A DNA stretch of 64,000 bases from Acidimicrobiia bacterium (GCA_036502405.1 DASXYP010000022.1:572-64571); one strand, 5' to 3'; positions 53,747-63,046 are shown, counted from the first letter of the stretch. The notes: generated by a model from the letters alone, not told the origin. Made by a program: numbers and translations.

Positions 53747-54502
53747 GTGTGCGGTCGCTACATCGAGGTCTCATCGCCGACGCTGCTCGCGGAGCGCTTC
53801 GACGTCGACGAGATCGTGGTGCCGGAGACGCCCGAGGCCGACTACAACGTTGCGCCCCGCAAGGACGTCCTGACCGTCGTCCAGCGGGGTCTCGACGACC
53901 CGGAGACCGCGGATGCAGGCGGGATCCGGGTCCTCGAGCAGATGCGCTGGGGCCTGGTGCCGTCGTGGGCCCGGGACACCAAGATCGGGGACCGGCTGAT
54001 CAACGCCCGGGCCGAGTCGCTGGGCGGGAAGCCTGCGTTCAAGACCGCCTTCCGCAAGCGCCGCTGCATCATGCCGGCGGACGGCTTCTACGAGTGGCAG
54101 CGCATGGGAGGCAAGCGCAAGCAGCCGGTGTTCGTCCACCAGCGCGATGGTGAGCCGATGGCGTTCGCGGGTCTGTGGGAGGTGTGGCGCGACCACTCCG
54201 TTCCGGACGCGCCCTGGCTGCTCTCGTGCGCGATCGTCACGACGCGCGCGAACGCGACGATGGAGCCGATCCACGATCGCATGCCGGTGATGCTCGCGGA
54301 GGATGCGTGGGACACGTGGCTCGACGTGCGCGTGAACGCGCGTGAGGTGCTCGACCCCTTGCTCGAGCCCGCGCCCGACGCGGCGATCGAGCTGTGGCCG
54401 GTGAGCACCGCGGTCAACAACGCGGCGAACAACGGACCGGAGCTCGTCGTGCGGGTCGAGCCGGACCCCGAGCCCGAGCCACCACCGACCCTCTTCCCGT
54501 AG
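53747..54502 (+). CDS. SOS response-associated peptidase (SRAP/YedK family, abasic-site processing)
   Basis: N-terminal (M)CGRY with catalytic Cys2, plus WGL.P.WA and MP.IL motifs. Confidence 0.85.
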   Translation: MCGRYIEVSSPTLLAERFDVDEIVVPETPEADYNVAPRKDVLTVVQRGLDDPETADAGGIRVLEQMRWGLVPSWARDTKIGDRLINARAESLGGKPAFKTAFRKRRCIMPADGFYEWQRMGGKRKQPVFVHQRDGEPMAFAGLWEVWRDHSVPDAPWLLSCAIVTTRANATMEPIHDRMPVMLAEDAWDTWLDVRVNAREVLDPLLEPAPDAAIELWPVSTAVNNAANNGPELVVRVEPDPEPEPPPTLFP

Positions 54503-54574
54503 ATCTCCTGAGGCCGGTCGCCCGATCGCGGTCCACTGGTGGCCGCAGGCGGTACTCCGTAGGCTCGGTCACCG

Positions 54575-55300
54575 ATGGAGTACGCGGAGTTCTTCCCGGT
54601 CATCACCGCGCAGACCCGGGCGCTCGCCGACGCCGCGCGCGCGACGGCGCTCGACGCACGGGTGCCGTCGTGTCCCGATTGGGACCTCGCGAAGCTGGTG
54701 CGGCACACCGGGACCGCGCAGCGATGGTCGGCCGGCGTGGTGCGCTCGCGCGAGCCGCTGTCGCACCGCGAGGTCGACCTCGCGATCCCGGACGACGCCG
54801 ACGCGTTGCCGGACTGGCTCGAGGCGGGCGCGGCGGAGCTCGTCGCGACGCTCGCGGCGAACGATCCCGACGACGCGTGCTGGAGCTGGACCGGCGATCA
54901 CCACGTGCGGTTCTGGGCGCGCCGGATGGCGTGCGAGACCGCCGTGCACCGGTGGGACGGCCAGACCCCCGGGGGAGCGCCCGACCCGATCGACGGTGCG
55001 CTCGCGGTCGAGGGGATCGACGAGCACCTGGCGAACCTGCCGTTCGTCGCGCCCGACGCGGTCGCCGGCGCGGGCGAGACCCTCCACCTCCACTGCACCG
55101 ACCGGGACGGCGAGTGGCTGCTGACCCGGACGCCCGACGGCCTGGAGGTGCGACGCGAGCACGCGAAAGGCGACATCGCGCTCAAAGGCCCCGCTTCTGC
55201 GCTCTACCTGCTGCTCGTCGGCCGGGTCCCCGCGTCCGGGCTCGAGGTCTTCGGCGACCCCGAGGCCCTCGATGCCTGGCGCGGCCTGATGCGCTTCTAG
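54575..55300 (+). CDS. DinB/maleylpyruvate isomerase family mycothiol-dependent enzyme-like protein
   Basis: Contains CP.WDL..L..H and RRMA.E.AVHRWD, typical of the actinobacterial TIGR03083-type family as I recall it. Confidence 0.6.
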   Translation: MEYAEFFPVITAQTRALADAARATALDARVPSCPDWDLAKLVRHTGTAQRWSAGVVRSREPLSHREVDLAIPDDADALPDWLEAGAAELVATLAANDPDDACWSWTGDHHVRFWARRMACETAVHRWDGQTPGGAPDPIDGALAVEGIDEHLANLPFVAPDAVAGAGETLHLHCTDRDGEWLLTRTPDGLEVRREHAKGDIALKGPASALYLLLVGRVPASGLEVFGDPEALDAWRGLMRF

Positions 55301-55306
55301 GGACGC

Positions 55307-55417
55307 GATCTCCGCCGGCCGGTGCCGGGCCACGCGGAGGGTCAGGGGGCGGCGGCTCCCCGCTCAAGATCTCCGCCGCCGGTGCCGGGCCACGCGCGGA
55401 GGGTCAGGGGGCGGCGG
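55307..55417. repeat. tandem pair (61-bp period) of GATCTCCGCCG..CCGGTGCCGGGCCACGCG..GAGGGTCAGGGGGCGGCGG
   Basis: Copies start at 55307 and 55368. The second copy contains the TetR stop codon (55404-55406) and its last 5 codons. Confidence 0.85.
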
Positions 55418-56036
55418 CAGGCTCCAGCGCGTTGCGGAGCACGTCGAGGACGTGCTCGCGCCTTGCCTGCAGCGCCCGGGCGGAGAGCGGGTCCTCGTCG
55501 AGCAGGCTCGCGATCAGCGGCGCGTCGGACAGGTAGGAGAGCGCAGCGCCGTAGCCGGTGAGCAGGAGCTGGCGGGCGTCGTAGCGTCGGAGCAGGCCGG
55601 CGTCCATCTGCGCCTGCAGGAACACGACGCCCCGGTCGAACATCGGCCGCAGCACGACGCGGAGCTGCTCGGACAGCATCGGGCCGCCGTCGAGGGCCTC
55701 GCGCCGGATGAGCCGCACGAAGTCGGGGTGGTCCTCGAAGAACTTGAAGGCGGCGCGCACGACGCGCTCGACCTGGGCCCAGCCCTGGGTCGGGTCGGCG
55801 ACCGCATCGTGGACCAGCGCGCCCCAGTCGGCGAGGTCCGCCATCAGCACTTCCTGGTAGAGCGCCTCCTTGGAGGGGAAGTGGTGCAACAGGCTCGGTC
55901 GCCGGATGCCGACCTCGTCCGCGATCTCGGTGAGGCTCGTCGCCGAGAACCCGTGGTCGGCGAACCGCCGCCGGGCGACCTCGATGATCAGCTCCCGTGT
56001 CCCTGCCCCGCTGGTCGTTGCCTGCACGAGCCCCAC
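55404..56036 (-). CDS. TetR family transcriptional regulator
   Basis: N-terminal HTH (F...GF.ATSL.EIA.E.G....SLLHHFPSK..L). Start at GTG 56036 or 56027. Confidence 0.85.
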   Translation of the reverse strand: MGLVQATTSGAGTRELIIEVARRRFADHGFSATSLTEIADEVGIRRPSLLHHFPSKEALYQEVLMADLADWGALVHDAVADPTQGWAQVERVVRAAFKFFEDHPDFVRLIRREALDGGPMLSEQLRVVLRPMFDRGVVFLQAQMDAGLLRRYDARQLLLTGYGAALSYLSDAPLIASLLDEDPLSARALQARREHVLDVLRNALEPAAAP

Positions 56037-56068
56037 CGTAGGTGCAATCCGGTCCGGCCCCGTGCTGA

Positions 56069-57034
56069 CTACTGCGGCGCGAGCGCCCGGAGGACCTCTT
56101 TGGTGCGGTCCGGAGCGGCCAGGATCATCGGCATCGGTGTCGTCACGCCGGCTTCGACGTACCGGTTGACGTGCTGCGCGCACTCCTCGGGCGACCCCGA
56201 GACGATGAGGGCGTCGAGGACCTCGTCAGGGATGGCTTCGGTCGCGCCGGCGCGGTCGCCGGCCTTCCAGGCGGACCACATCGGCGCGAGGAGCTCGCCT
56301 CGCCCGAGCCACTCGTGGAACGTGGCGTAGACGGGGACGTTCAGGTACTCGGCGATCATCCGGCGACCGAGGTGGCGCACGGCGTCGCGGTCCTCGCTCG
56401 GCAGCACGAAGATCCGGGCGACGATCTCCTTGTCCTCGCCGCCCTCCCGGACGATGGGGGCGACGGTGCGCACGTCGTCGGCGCCGAGCCAGTTGATGAT
56501 CGCGCCGTCCCCCTCGCGCGCCGCGAGGCGAAGCATCCCGGCTTGGAGCGCGCCCACGAGGATCGGCGGCTGCTGCTCGACGCGGACGCCCAGACGGAAG
56601 CCCTTCACCTCGAAGGTGTCGTACTCGGCGGTGACCTTCTCGCCGGTGAGCGCAGCGCGGAGGAACCGCAGCGTGTCGCGCACGTGGTGGTACGGGCGCT
56701 CGAACGGGATGCCGTTCCACCGTTCCACGATGACGTTGGACGACGTGCCGAGACCGACCGCGACGCGTCCCGGCGCGGCTTCGACCAGGCTGGCGATCGT
56801 CTGCGCGAGGAGTGCGGGTCCGCGGGTGTACACGGGGACGACCGCCTGGCCGAGCCGCAGCCCGGGCGCCCAGGCCGCGGCCAGGGCGAGCACGGTGAAC
56901 GCGTCGTGGCCTCCGGCCTCGCTCGACCAGATGTCGGTGAAGCCGAGGTCCTCGAGCTCCTGGAACCAGGACTGGTGGTCCCGGAGCGGGACGCCGGCGA
57001 ACGGGACCGTGATGCCCCAGCGGTGCTGCGTCAT
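56069..57034 (-). CDS. luciferase-like monooxygenase (LLM) family oxidoreductase, probably F420-dependent
   Basis: 321-aa TIM-barrel LLM pattern (GIT.P......L.DLGF.D.W..E, LG.GTS). Co-directional with the TetR gene. Confidence 0.7.
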   Translation of the reverse strand: MTQHRWGITVPFAGVPLRDHQSWFQELEDLGFTDIWSSEAGGHDAFTVLALAAAWAPGLRLGQAVVPVYTRGPALLAQTIASLVEAAPGRVAVGLGTSSNVIVERWNGIPFERPYHHVRDTLRFLRAALTGEKVTAEYDTFEVKGFRLGVRVEQQPPILVGALQAGMLRLAAREGDGAIINWLGADDVRTVAPIVREGGEDKEIVARIFVLPSEDRDAVRHLGRRMIAEYLNVPVYATFHEWLGRGELLAPMWSAWKAGDRAGATEAIPDEVLDALIVSGSPEECAQHVNRYVEAGVTTPMPMILAAPDRTKEVLRALAPQ

Positions 57035-57053
57035 CTGTCGCTTGCCTTCCGGA

Positions 57054-57881
57054 TCAGGCGCGGGGACCGCGCGGGAGGTCGGGACCCTCGCGCCACGCCC
57101 GCACGATGGTCGACTGGCTCGCGGTGCCGAGCAGGGTGCCGTCGAACGCCCAGAGGTGCACGAGGCCGTGCCCGAACCCGTGGGCGACCGCGTGCACCCG
57201 GATGTCGGCGAGGATCCAGTCGGTCGGCGTGCGACTCGCGATGCGCAACGTGTTGTCGAGGCTGTTGCCGCCGGCACGGTGCCCGAGCGACTGCGAGATC
57301 CCGAACGGCACGTAGTCGCCGACGATCGCGAGCGAGGCCGCGGACATCTCGAGCACGCCCGGGAGCCGCACCCACAGCGCGCTTCGGCCGTCGCCGGGGG
57401 TGCCGTCGAGCTCGTCGAAGGTGCGCGCCGACGCGATCCGCATCTCGATGCGGTCCATGATCGTGCCCTCGTGGCGCTCGAGGATCTCGCGCGGGGGGCA
57501 CTCCTCGGGGGGCGGGACGTCCGGCCGGACCGCCCACTCGCCGTGGTAGGCGATGTCCCGGTCGCCCAGTGCGGCGTTGACGGTCAGGATCTCGTCGCCG
57601 TCGACCGATCCGACCGCCCGGGCCTGCGAGATCTGGTGGCCGCGCACGACCTCGTTGATCCGGATGTCCATGACCGACGGGGGGCGCGCGTAGGAGAGGT
57701 ACTGGCCCGTGGCCCAGACGAGCGGTCGCCCGGTGACCCGCTCGAGCGCCTCGACGCAGGCGCCGAGTCCGCAGCCGCCGAAGAGCGCGCCGAGGCCGGA
57801 GCACAGGGTCGGCACCACCGGCAGTCGCCAGAAGTTGGGATCCTCGGTCGCCTCGAGCCCGTAGAAGTGCAGCGCATCCAC
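57054..57881 (-). CDS. acyl-CoA thioesterase (TesB-like double hotdog)
   Basis: Only the C-terminal 275 aa of the 917-aa ORF look protein-like (LFGGCGLGACVEA..., HAV.HGFGHGLVHLW). GTG 57881 was chosen. Confidence 0.6.
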   Translation of the reverse strand: MDALHFYGLEATEDPNFWRLPVVPTLCSGLGALFGGCGLGACVEALERVTGRPLVWATGQYLSYARPPSVMDIRINEVVRGHQISQARAVGSVDGDEILTVNAALGDRDIAYHGEWAVRPDVPPPEECPPREILERHEGTIMDRIEMRIASARTFDELDGTPGDGRSALWVRLPGVLEMSAASLAIVGDYVPFGISQSLGHRAGGNSLDNTLRIASRTPTDWILADIRVHAVAHGFGHGLVHLWAFDGTLLGTASQSTIVRAWREGPDLPRGPRA

Positions 57882-57890
57882 CGGCCGGAG

Positions 57891-58039
57891 CGTAGGTCGG
57901 AGCGGGCACGGAGTGCGGAGACCGGAGCGACCCGGGGTGGTGCCGGCGTAGGTCGGAGCGGGCACGGAGTGCGGAGACCGGAGCGACCCGAATTGTGGCG
58001 GGGGAGCTCGGAGTGGGTATGGAGTGTGGAGACGAGAGC
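57891..58039. repeat. three tandem repeats of about 56 bp; two perfect 44-nt copies plus a degenerate third
   Basis: CGTAGGTCGGAGCGGGCACGGAGTGCGGAGACCGGAGCGACCCG occurs at 57891-57934 and 57947-57990. The third copy (58006-58039) matches 27/34, with mostly C-to-T differences. Confidence 0.9.
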
Positions 58040-58124
58040 TTAGCGCGGCCCGACAGCGAAAGGGCTCGGGAATCGGCAATCGTTGAAGGGGGTTGAGGGC
58101 CAAGACCCACGAGGGAGCGAAGCG

Positions 58125-58976
58125 ATGAGCGAGACCGGTACCCGAACGGTTGAGGCGGTGATCCCCGCCATCCGTCAGCTCGAGGGCGGCGGGTTCGAGG
58201 TGCGCCGGCCGTTCCCGACCGCCGCCTTGGAGCAGGTGGACCCGTTCCTGCTCCTCGACCACATGGGCCCGGTCGACCTTGCGCCGGGCGAGGCCAAGGG
58301 CGCGCCCGACCACCCGCACCGCGGCTTCGAGACCGTGACCTACATGCTCGAAGGCACCATGGAGCACGAGGACTCGGCGGGCCACGCCGGTCGCATCGGA
58401 CCCGGCGACGTGCAGTGGATGACCGCGGGCTCGGGCGTGATCCACTCCGAGGAGCCGGTGGAGTCGTTGCGCCGTGACGGCGGCCGGATCCACGGGTTCC
58501 AGCTCTGGGTGAACCTGCCGGCGAAGGACAAGATGGTCGCCCCGCGCTACCAGGAGTTCACGGCCGCGCAGATCCCGAAGGTCGAGCGCGACGACGGGGT
58601 CGTCGTGCGCGTGATCGCGGGACGGGTCGGTTCGGTCAAGGGAGCGGTCAAGACGCGCACGCCGGTCACGTACCTCCACGTGTCCCTCCCGGCCGGCACT
58701 CGCTTCGAAGTGCCGATCCCCGCCTCTCGGAACGCGATCGTGTACGGGATCAGCGGCGCCGGTGAAGGCGAGCTCACCGTGCTCGCGCACGACGGAGACG
58801 TCGTCGAGCTCGTCAACGACGACGAGCGGACCACGCGGGACGTGCTCCTGCTCGCGGGAGAGCCCCTCCGCGAGCCGATCGCGCGCTACGGCCCGTTCGT
58901 GATGTCGACCAAGGCCGAGCTCGCGCAGGCCGTCGACGACTTCCAGGCCGGCCGCTTCGGCGCGATCGCCCGGTAG
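58125..58976 (+). CDS. pirin family protein
   Basis: Contains HPHRGFETVTY.L.G...H.DS.G and WMTAG.G..HSE. GAGGGAG Shine-Dalgarno sequence upstream of the ATG at 58125. Confidence 0.9.
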   Translation: MSETGTRTVEAVIPAIRQLEGGGFEVRRPFPTAALEQVDPFLLLDHMGPVDLAPGEAKGAPDHPHRGFETVTYMLEGTMEHEDSAGHAGRIGPGDVQWMTAGSGVIHSEEPVESLRRDGGRIHGFQLWVNLPAKDKMVAPRYQEFTAAQIPKVERDDGVVVRVIAGRVGSVKGAVKTRTPVTYLHVSLPAGTRFEVPIPASRNAIVYGISGAGEGELTVLAHDGDVVELVNDDERTTRDVLLLAGEPLREPIARYGPFVMSTKAELAQAVDDFQAGRFGAIAR

Positions 58977-59024
58977 CGCGCGCCCGGTAGCGCGGGCGCA
59001 CCCGTCGGCCCTACTGTCCGCCCG

Positions 59025-59873
59025 ATGGCCGAGCGGACGACGACGATCCTGGTCGAGGGACTGCGGTTCCCGGAGGGCCCGCGCTGGCACGACGGGCGCC
59101 TCTGGTGCTCGGACCAGCACGACCGAAGGGTGCTGGCGATCGGCACCGACGGGGTGGTGGAGACGATCGTCGAGGTGCCGCACGGCCCGTCCGGGCTCGG
59201 GTGGCTCCCGGACGGTCGGATGCTCGTGGTCTCGATGGAGGACCGCCGGCTCCTGCGGCTCGACGCCGACGGCCTGACCGAGGTCGCCGACCTCTCGGAG
59301 CTCGCGACCTGGCACTGCAACGACATGGTGGTCGACGCGACCGGCCGAGCGTACGTGGGCAACTTCGGCTTCGACCTGGACGGGCATGCCGAGGTGACTC
59401 CCGCGGCGATGATGCGCGTCGATGTGGACGGCTCCGTGCACCTTGCGGTGCCGGACCTGCGCTTTCCCAACGGGACGGTCATCACGCCCGACGGCGCGAC
59501 GCTCGTCGTGGGGGAGAGCTACGGCGGCTGCCTGACCGCGTTCGACGTCGCCGCGGACGGCGAGCTCTCGAACCGTCGCGAGTGGGCGAAGCTCGTCGGA
59601 GCGGTCCCCGACGGGATCTGCCTCGACGCCGAGGGTGCGATCTGGTCCGCGTGCCCGTTGACGGGGCGGGTCCTGCGCGTGCGCGAAGGCGGCGAGGTGA
59701 CCGACGAGGTCCACGTCGACCGCAACGGTGCCTACGCGTGCATGCTCGGCGGCGTCGATCGCACGACGCTGTTCGTCTGCGCCGCAGACACCAACGATCC
59801 GGCGCACACCGATGAGCGGCGGGGCGCGATCGAGATGTGCGAGGTCGACGTCCCGGGCGCCGGCCTGCCCTGA
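59025..59873 (+). CDS. SMP-30/gluconolactonase/LRE family protein
   Basis: Contains FPEGPRW......W.SD, NDMVVD..G and FPNG motifs of six-bladed propeller lactonases. TACTGT lies 8 nt before the ATG. Confidence 0.75.
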   Translation: MAERTTTILVEGLRFPEGPRWHDGRLWCSDQHDRRVLAIGTDGVVETIVEVPHGPSGLGWLPDGRMLVVSMEDRRLLRLDADGLTEVADLSELATWHCNDMVVDATGRAYVGNFGFDLDGHAEVTPAAMMRVDVDGSVHLAVPDLRFPNGTVITPDGATLVVGESYGGCLTAFDVAADGELSNRREWAKLVGAVPDGICLDAEGAIWSACPLTGRVLRVREGGEVTDEVHVDRNGAYACMLGGVDRTTLFVCAADTNDPAHTDERRGAIEMCEVDVPGAGLP

Positions 59874-59891
59874 TCCGCGTGCGCGTCCGGC

Positions 59892-60734
59892 TCAGAGGTC
59901 GCTGACGTCGGGGACCGTCGGCTGCCCGCCCGTGCGCGCCTCTTCCGCACGGGTGGCGGGCACGCGTGCGTGCGCGTCGTCGCTGAGGATGAAGAACTGG
60001 TCTGCCCGCACCGCGGCGACGACGCGCGCCGCGAGCTCCGCCGGGTCCTTGCCGCCCTCGACGAGCCCGCGCACGATCTCGCCGATCCCCGAGCTCTCGA
60101 CGTCGGGTGCCTCGCCGAGCGACGCGGGCCAGTTCCGCGTCGACTCGTGGAGCCGGGTCCGGATGAAGCCGGGGCAGAGCACGGCGACCTTCACCGGCGA
60201 GCCCGTCATGGCCAGCTCGAGCGCGAGCGCCTCCGAGACACCCACGACCGCATGCTTGGTGGCGGTGTAGGGACTCATGAACGGGAGCGCCTTCAGGCCT
60301 GCGACCGACGCCGTGTTGACGACATGGCCCTCCTGCTGCTCGACAAGCCGCGGCACGAACGCGCGGATCCCGTTCACGACGCCCCAGAAGTTGACGTTGA
60401 ACGCCCAGTCCCAGCCCGACTGCGGGATCTCCCACATGAGGCCCCCGCCGCCACCGACGCCGGCGTTGTTGCAGACGATGTGCGCGGTGCCGAAATGGGT
60501 GTACGTGTTGGTGGCGAGGTCGATCATCTGGTCCTCGTCCGACACGTCGGTCAGGACGTCGAGCACGTCGGCGCCACCCGCCCGCAGCTTGCCGGCCGCC
60601 TCGGCCAGCGCGTCCGCCTCGATGTCGGCCAGGACCACCTTCATGCCCTCGGCTGCGAACGCCTCGGCCATGCCGAAGCCGATCCCGCTCGCCCCGCCGG
60701 TGACCACCGCGACCTTGCCCTCGAGCTGCTCCAT
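59892..60734 (-). CDS. SDR family oxidoreductase
   Basis: Contains TGGASGIG, NNAG and YTATKHAV (YxxxK). Confidence 0.9.
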   Translation of the reverse strand: MEQLEGKVAVVTGGASGIGFGMAEAFAAEGMKVVLADIEADALAEAAGKLRAGGADVLDVLTDVSDEDQMIDLATNTYTHFGTAHIVCNNAGVGGGGGLMWEIPQSGWDWAFNVNFWGVVNGIRAFVPRLVEQQEGHVVNTASVAGLKALPFMSPYTATKHAVVGVSEALALELAMTGSPVKVAVLCPGFIRTRLHESTRNWPASLGEAPDVESSGIGEIVRGLVEGGKDPAELAARVVAAVRADQFFILSDDAHARVPATRAEEARTGGQPTVPDVSDL

Positions 60735-60771
60735 GGGTGCGCACTCTACGGGCGCGTGACAGATTGGGGCC

Positions 60772-61797
60772 ATGACGCCGAACCGACGGATCCTGCTGCG
60801 TGCGCGCCCGGACGGGCTGGTCACGGAGGAGTGCCTCGAACGCGTCGAAGAGGGCGTCGCCGCGATCCGCGACGGCGAGGTGCTGGTTCGGGTGCTCTCG
60901 CTCTCGGTGGACCCGACGAACCGAGTGTGGATGCGCGAGGAGGACTCGTACCTCCCGGCCATCCGGCTCGGCGACGTGGTCCGGGCGGCCGGACTGGGTG
61001 AGGTCGTCGAGAGCCGCGACGACGCCTACAAGGTGGGCGACCTCGTGATGGGCATGCCCGGGTGGCAGGACTACTGGACCGTCACGAACGAGGACGGCGC
61101 GCAGGTCGTCCCGCCCGGCATCCCGGCCGAGGACCTCCTGAGCATCTACGGGGGGACCGGGGTCACGGCCTACTTCGGCCTGCTCGAGATCGGGCGTCCG
61201 GAGCCGGGTGAGACGGTCGTGGTCTCGGGCGCGGCGGGCGGGGTGGGGTCCGTCGCGGGCCAGCTGGCGCGGGTCAGGGACGCAGGTCGGGTCGTGGGCA
61301 TCGCGGGCACCGACGACAAGTGCCGCTGGGTCGTGGAGGACCTCGGGTTCGACGCGTGCATCAACTACAAGACCGAGGACGTCGACGCGAGGCTGCGCGA
61401 GCTCTGCCCGGACGGGATCGACGTGTACTTCGACAACGTGGGGGGCGAGATCCTCGACGCGGTGCTGAGCCAGATCAGCATCGGTGCACGGATCGTCATG
61501 TGCGGTGCGATCTCTGAGTACACGCGCGCTGAGAGCGGCGGGCTGAAGAACTACAAGGCGCTCATCATGCAGCGTGGTCGCATGGAGGGCTTCATCATCC
61601 TCGACTACCTCGACCGGTTCCCGGAGGCGATCATGGAGCTCGTCGGGCTCGTGGCCGACGGCCGGGTCAAGTACTCGGTCGAGGTGGTCGACGGGCTCGA
61701 GCACGCACCGGCGACGCTCAACCGCCTGTTCACCGGCGACCACCGCGGCAAGCTCATCGTGCGCGTCGCCGACCCGTCCACACCTCGAGTCGGCTGA
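60772..61797 (+). CDS. NADP-dependent medium-chain reductase (YncB/prostaglandin reductase-like)
   Basis: MDR pattern with GAAGGVGSVAGQLA and the C-terminal GKLIV tail. Confidence 0.85.
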   Translation: MTPNRRILLRARPDGLVTEECLERVEEGVAAIRDGEVLVRVLSLSVDPTNRVWMREEDSYLPAIRLGDVVRAAGLGEVVESRDDAYKVGDLVMGMPGWQDYWTVTNEDGAQVVPPGIPAEDLLSIYGGTGVTAYFGLLEIGRPEPGETVVVSGAAGGVGSVAGQLARVRDAGRVVGIAGTDDKCRWVVEDLGFDACINYKTEDVDARLRELCPDGIDVYFDNVGGEILDAVLSQISIGARIVMCGAISEYTRAESGGLKNYKALIMQRGRMEGFIILDYLDRFPEAIMELVGLVADGRVKYSVEVVDGLEHAPATLNRLFTGDHRGKLIVRVADPSTPRVG

Positions 61798-61871
61798 TCC
61801 GCCGCCGCTCGCCGTGCAGCCGCGCGATGGCGATCGAGCGGCGGAGACCTTCGGTGGGGCCGCCGGAGATC
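61796..61871. repeat. single GATC-headed hairpin element with the same 10-bp arms as the one at 49335-49377
   Basis: GATCCGCCGCCGCTCG; stem CCGCCGCTCG 61802-61811 / CGAGCGGCGG 61835-61844 with a 23-nt loop, followed by CCGGAGATC at 61863-61871. Confidence 0.8.
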
Positions 61872-61876
61872 GTCGG

Positions 61877-62203
61877 CTAGGTCAGCTGCTCGTCCGGGAC
61901 TCCGTGGCGGAGCCGGTACCAGACCATGACCGCGCCGATGGGGCCCGTCACGATGACCACCGCGCAGTAGAGCCACGTCCAGCGCAGCGCGGGGGCGATC
62001 ATGATGACCATGGCGCAGAACGCGAGCCAGATCATCCCGTGCAGCGAGCCGACGATGGCGGTGCCGACATCGGTCTTCGCGATCTGCCACATGTAGAAGA
62101 GCAGCAGGTAGCTGCAGGTCTCGATCAGCGCGACGACCGAGAGCGCCTTGGCCTTGCGCTGCAGCTCGGTGGTGGTGTCCCCGGCGAAGTCGGTCACGAC
62201 CAC
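61877..62203 (-). CDS. DUF3817-like small membrane protein
   Basis: 108 aa with 3-4 TM helices and a HG..W..... pattern. Start is uncertain: a minus-strand TAGGCT ends only 2 nt before the first GTG, so the in-frame GTG at 62197 is an alternative start. Confidence 0.55.
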   Translation of the reverse strand: MVVTDFAGDTTTELQRKAKALSVVALIETCSYLLLFYMWQIAKTDVGTAIVGSLHGMIWLAFCAMVIMIAPALRWTWLYCAVVIVTGPIGAVMVWYRLRHGVPDEQLT

Positions 62204-62272
62204 GCAGCCTAGGGGGACCGATCGCTTCGAAAGTCATTGGCCCCGGGCCCCGGAGGCTGCGAGCATCGGCTC

Positions 62273-63046
62273 ATGGCGACCGTGCTCGAGGCCCGCGGGC
62301 TGGTCAAGGACTACAGCCGCGCCCGTGCGGTCGACGGCGTCGATCTCGTCGTCCAAGAGGGCGAGCGGGTCGGCCTGCTCGGGCCGAACGGCGCCGGCAA
62401 GACGACCACGCTCCTGATGGTCCTCGGGGTCGTGTCGCCGGACGAAGGCTCGGTCGTGGTCTGCGGCCGGCCGCTCGACCGCCAGCGGAGCCGGGCGGCC
62501 GAGCACGTCGGGTTCGCGGCCGGCTACCTGCCACTCGCCGAGCGGCTGCGGGTGCGCGAGTACCTGCGCCTCTACGGGAACCTCTACGGGCTGGCCGACC
62601 CCGAGCCGGCGATCGAGGCCGGGCTGGCCCGCTTCCGCGTCGAGCACCTCGCCGACGCGATGGGGACCGAGCTCTCGTCCGGCCAGCGCACGCTCGTCGG
62701 CATCGTGCGGGCCACGCTGCACCAGCCCCGGCTGCTGGTGCTCGACGAGCCGACTGCGTCGCTCGACCCCGACGTGGCGCAGCGCGTCCGCACCGGCCTT
62801 GCCGCGCTCTGCGAGGAGGTCGGCACCTCGCTGCTCGTGACGAGCCATGACATGGCTGAGGTCTCACGGCTCTGCGAGCGCGTGGTCTTCCTGTCGAAGG
62901 GTCGCGTCGTCGCCGACGGCACGCCCGACGAGGTGACCCGGCGGTTCGGCCGGTCGGACCTCGAAGGAGTGTTCCTCCACCTCGCTGAAGAGCGGCTCCC
63001 GGAGCAGGAGCAGCCGTCCACCCAGCAGACGGATCACGCGCTGTGA
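62273..63046 (+). CDS. ABC transporter ATP-binding protein
   Basis: Contains GPNGAGKTT, LSSGQR and LLVLDEPT. Confidence 0.9.
   Translation: MATVLEARGLVKDYSRARAVDGVDLVVQEGERVGLLGPNGAGKTTTLLMVLGVVSPDEGSVVVCGRPLDRQRSRAAEHVGFAAGYLPLAERLRVREYLRLYGNLYGLADPEPAIEAGLARFRVEHLADAMGTELSSGQRTLVGIVRATLHQPRLLVLDEPTASLDPDVAQRVRTGLAALCEEVGTSLLVTSHDMAEVSRLCERVVFLSKGRVVADGTPDEVTRRFGRSDLEGVFLHLAEERLPEQEQPSTQQTDHAL

Noticed and set aside
57882-59807. The upstream 640 codons of the 917-aa minus-strand ORF that ends as the thioesterase.
   Set aside because: This part overlaps the well-supported pirin and SMP-30 genes on the plus strand and runs through the tandem repeat array. Only the last 275 aa look like a real (TesB-like) protein.
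13906-61871. GATC in the repeat heads as evidence for Dam-type methylation control.
   Set aside because: GATC is common throughout the coding sequence here (for example in GAG-ATC codon pairs). No methyltransferase gene is present in the window, so there is no support beyond the motif itself.
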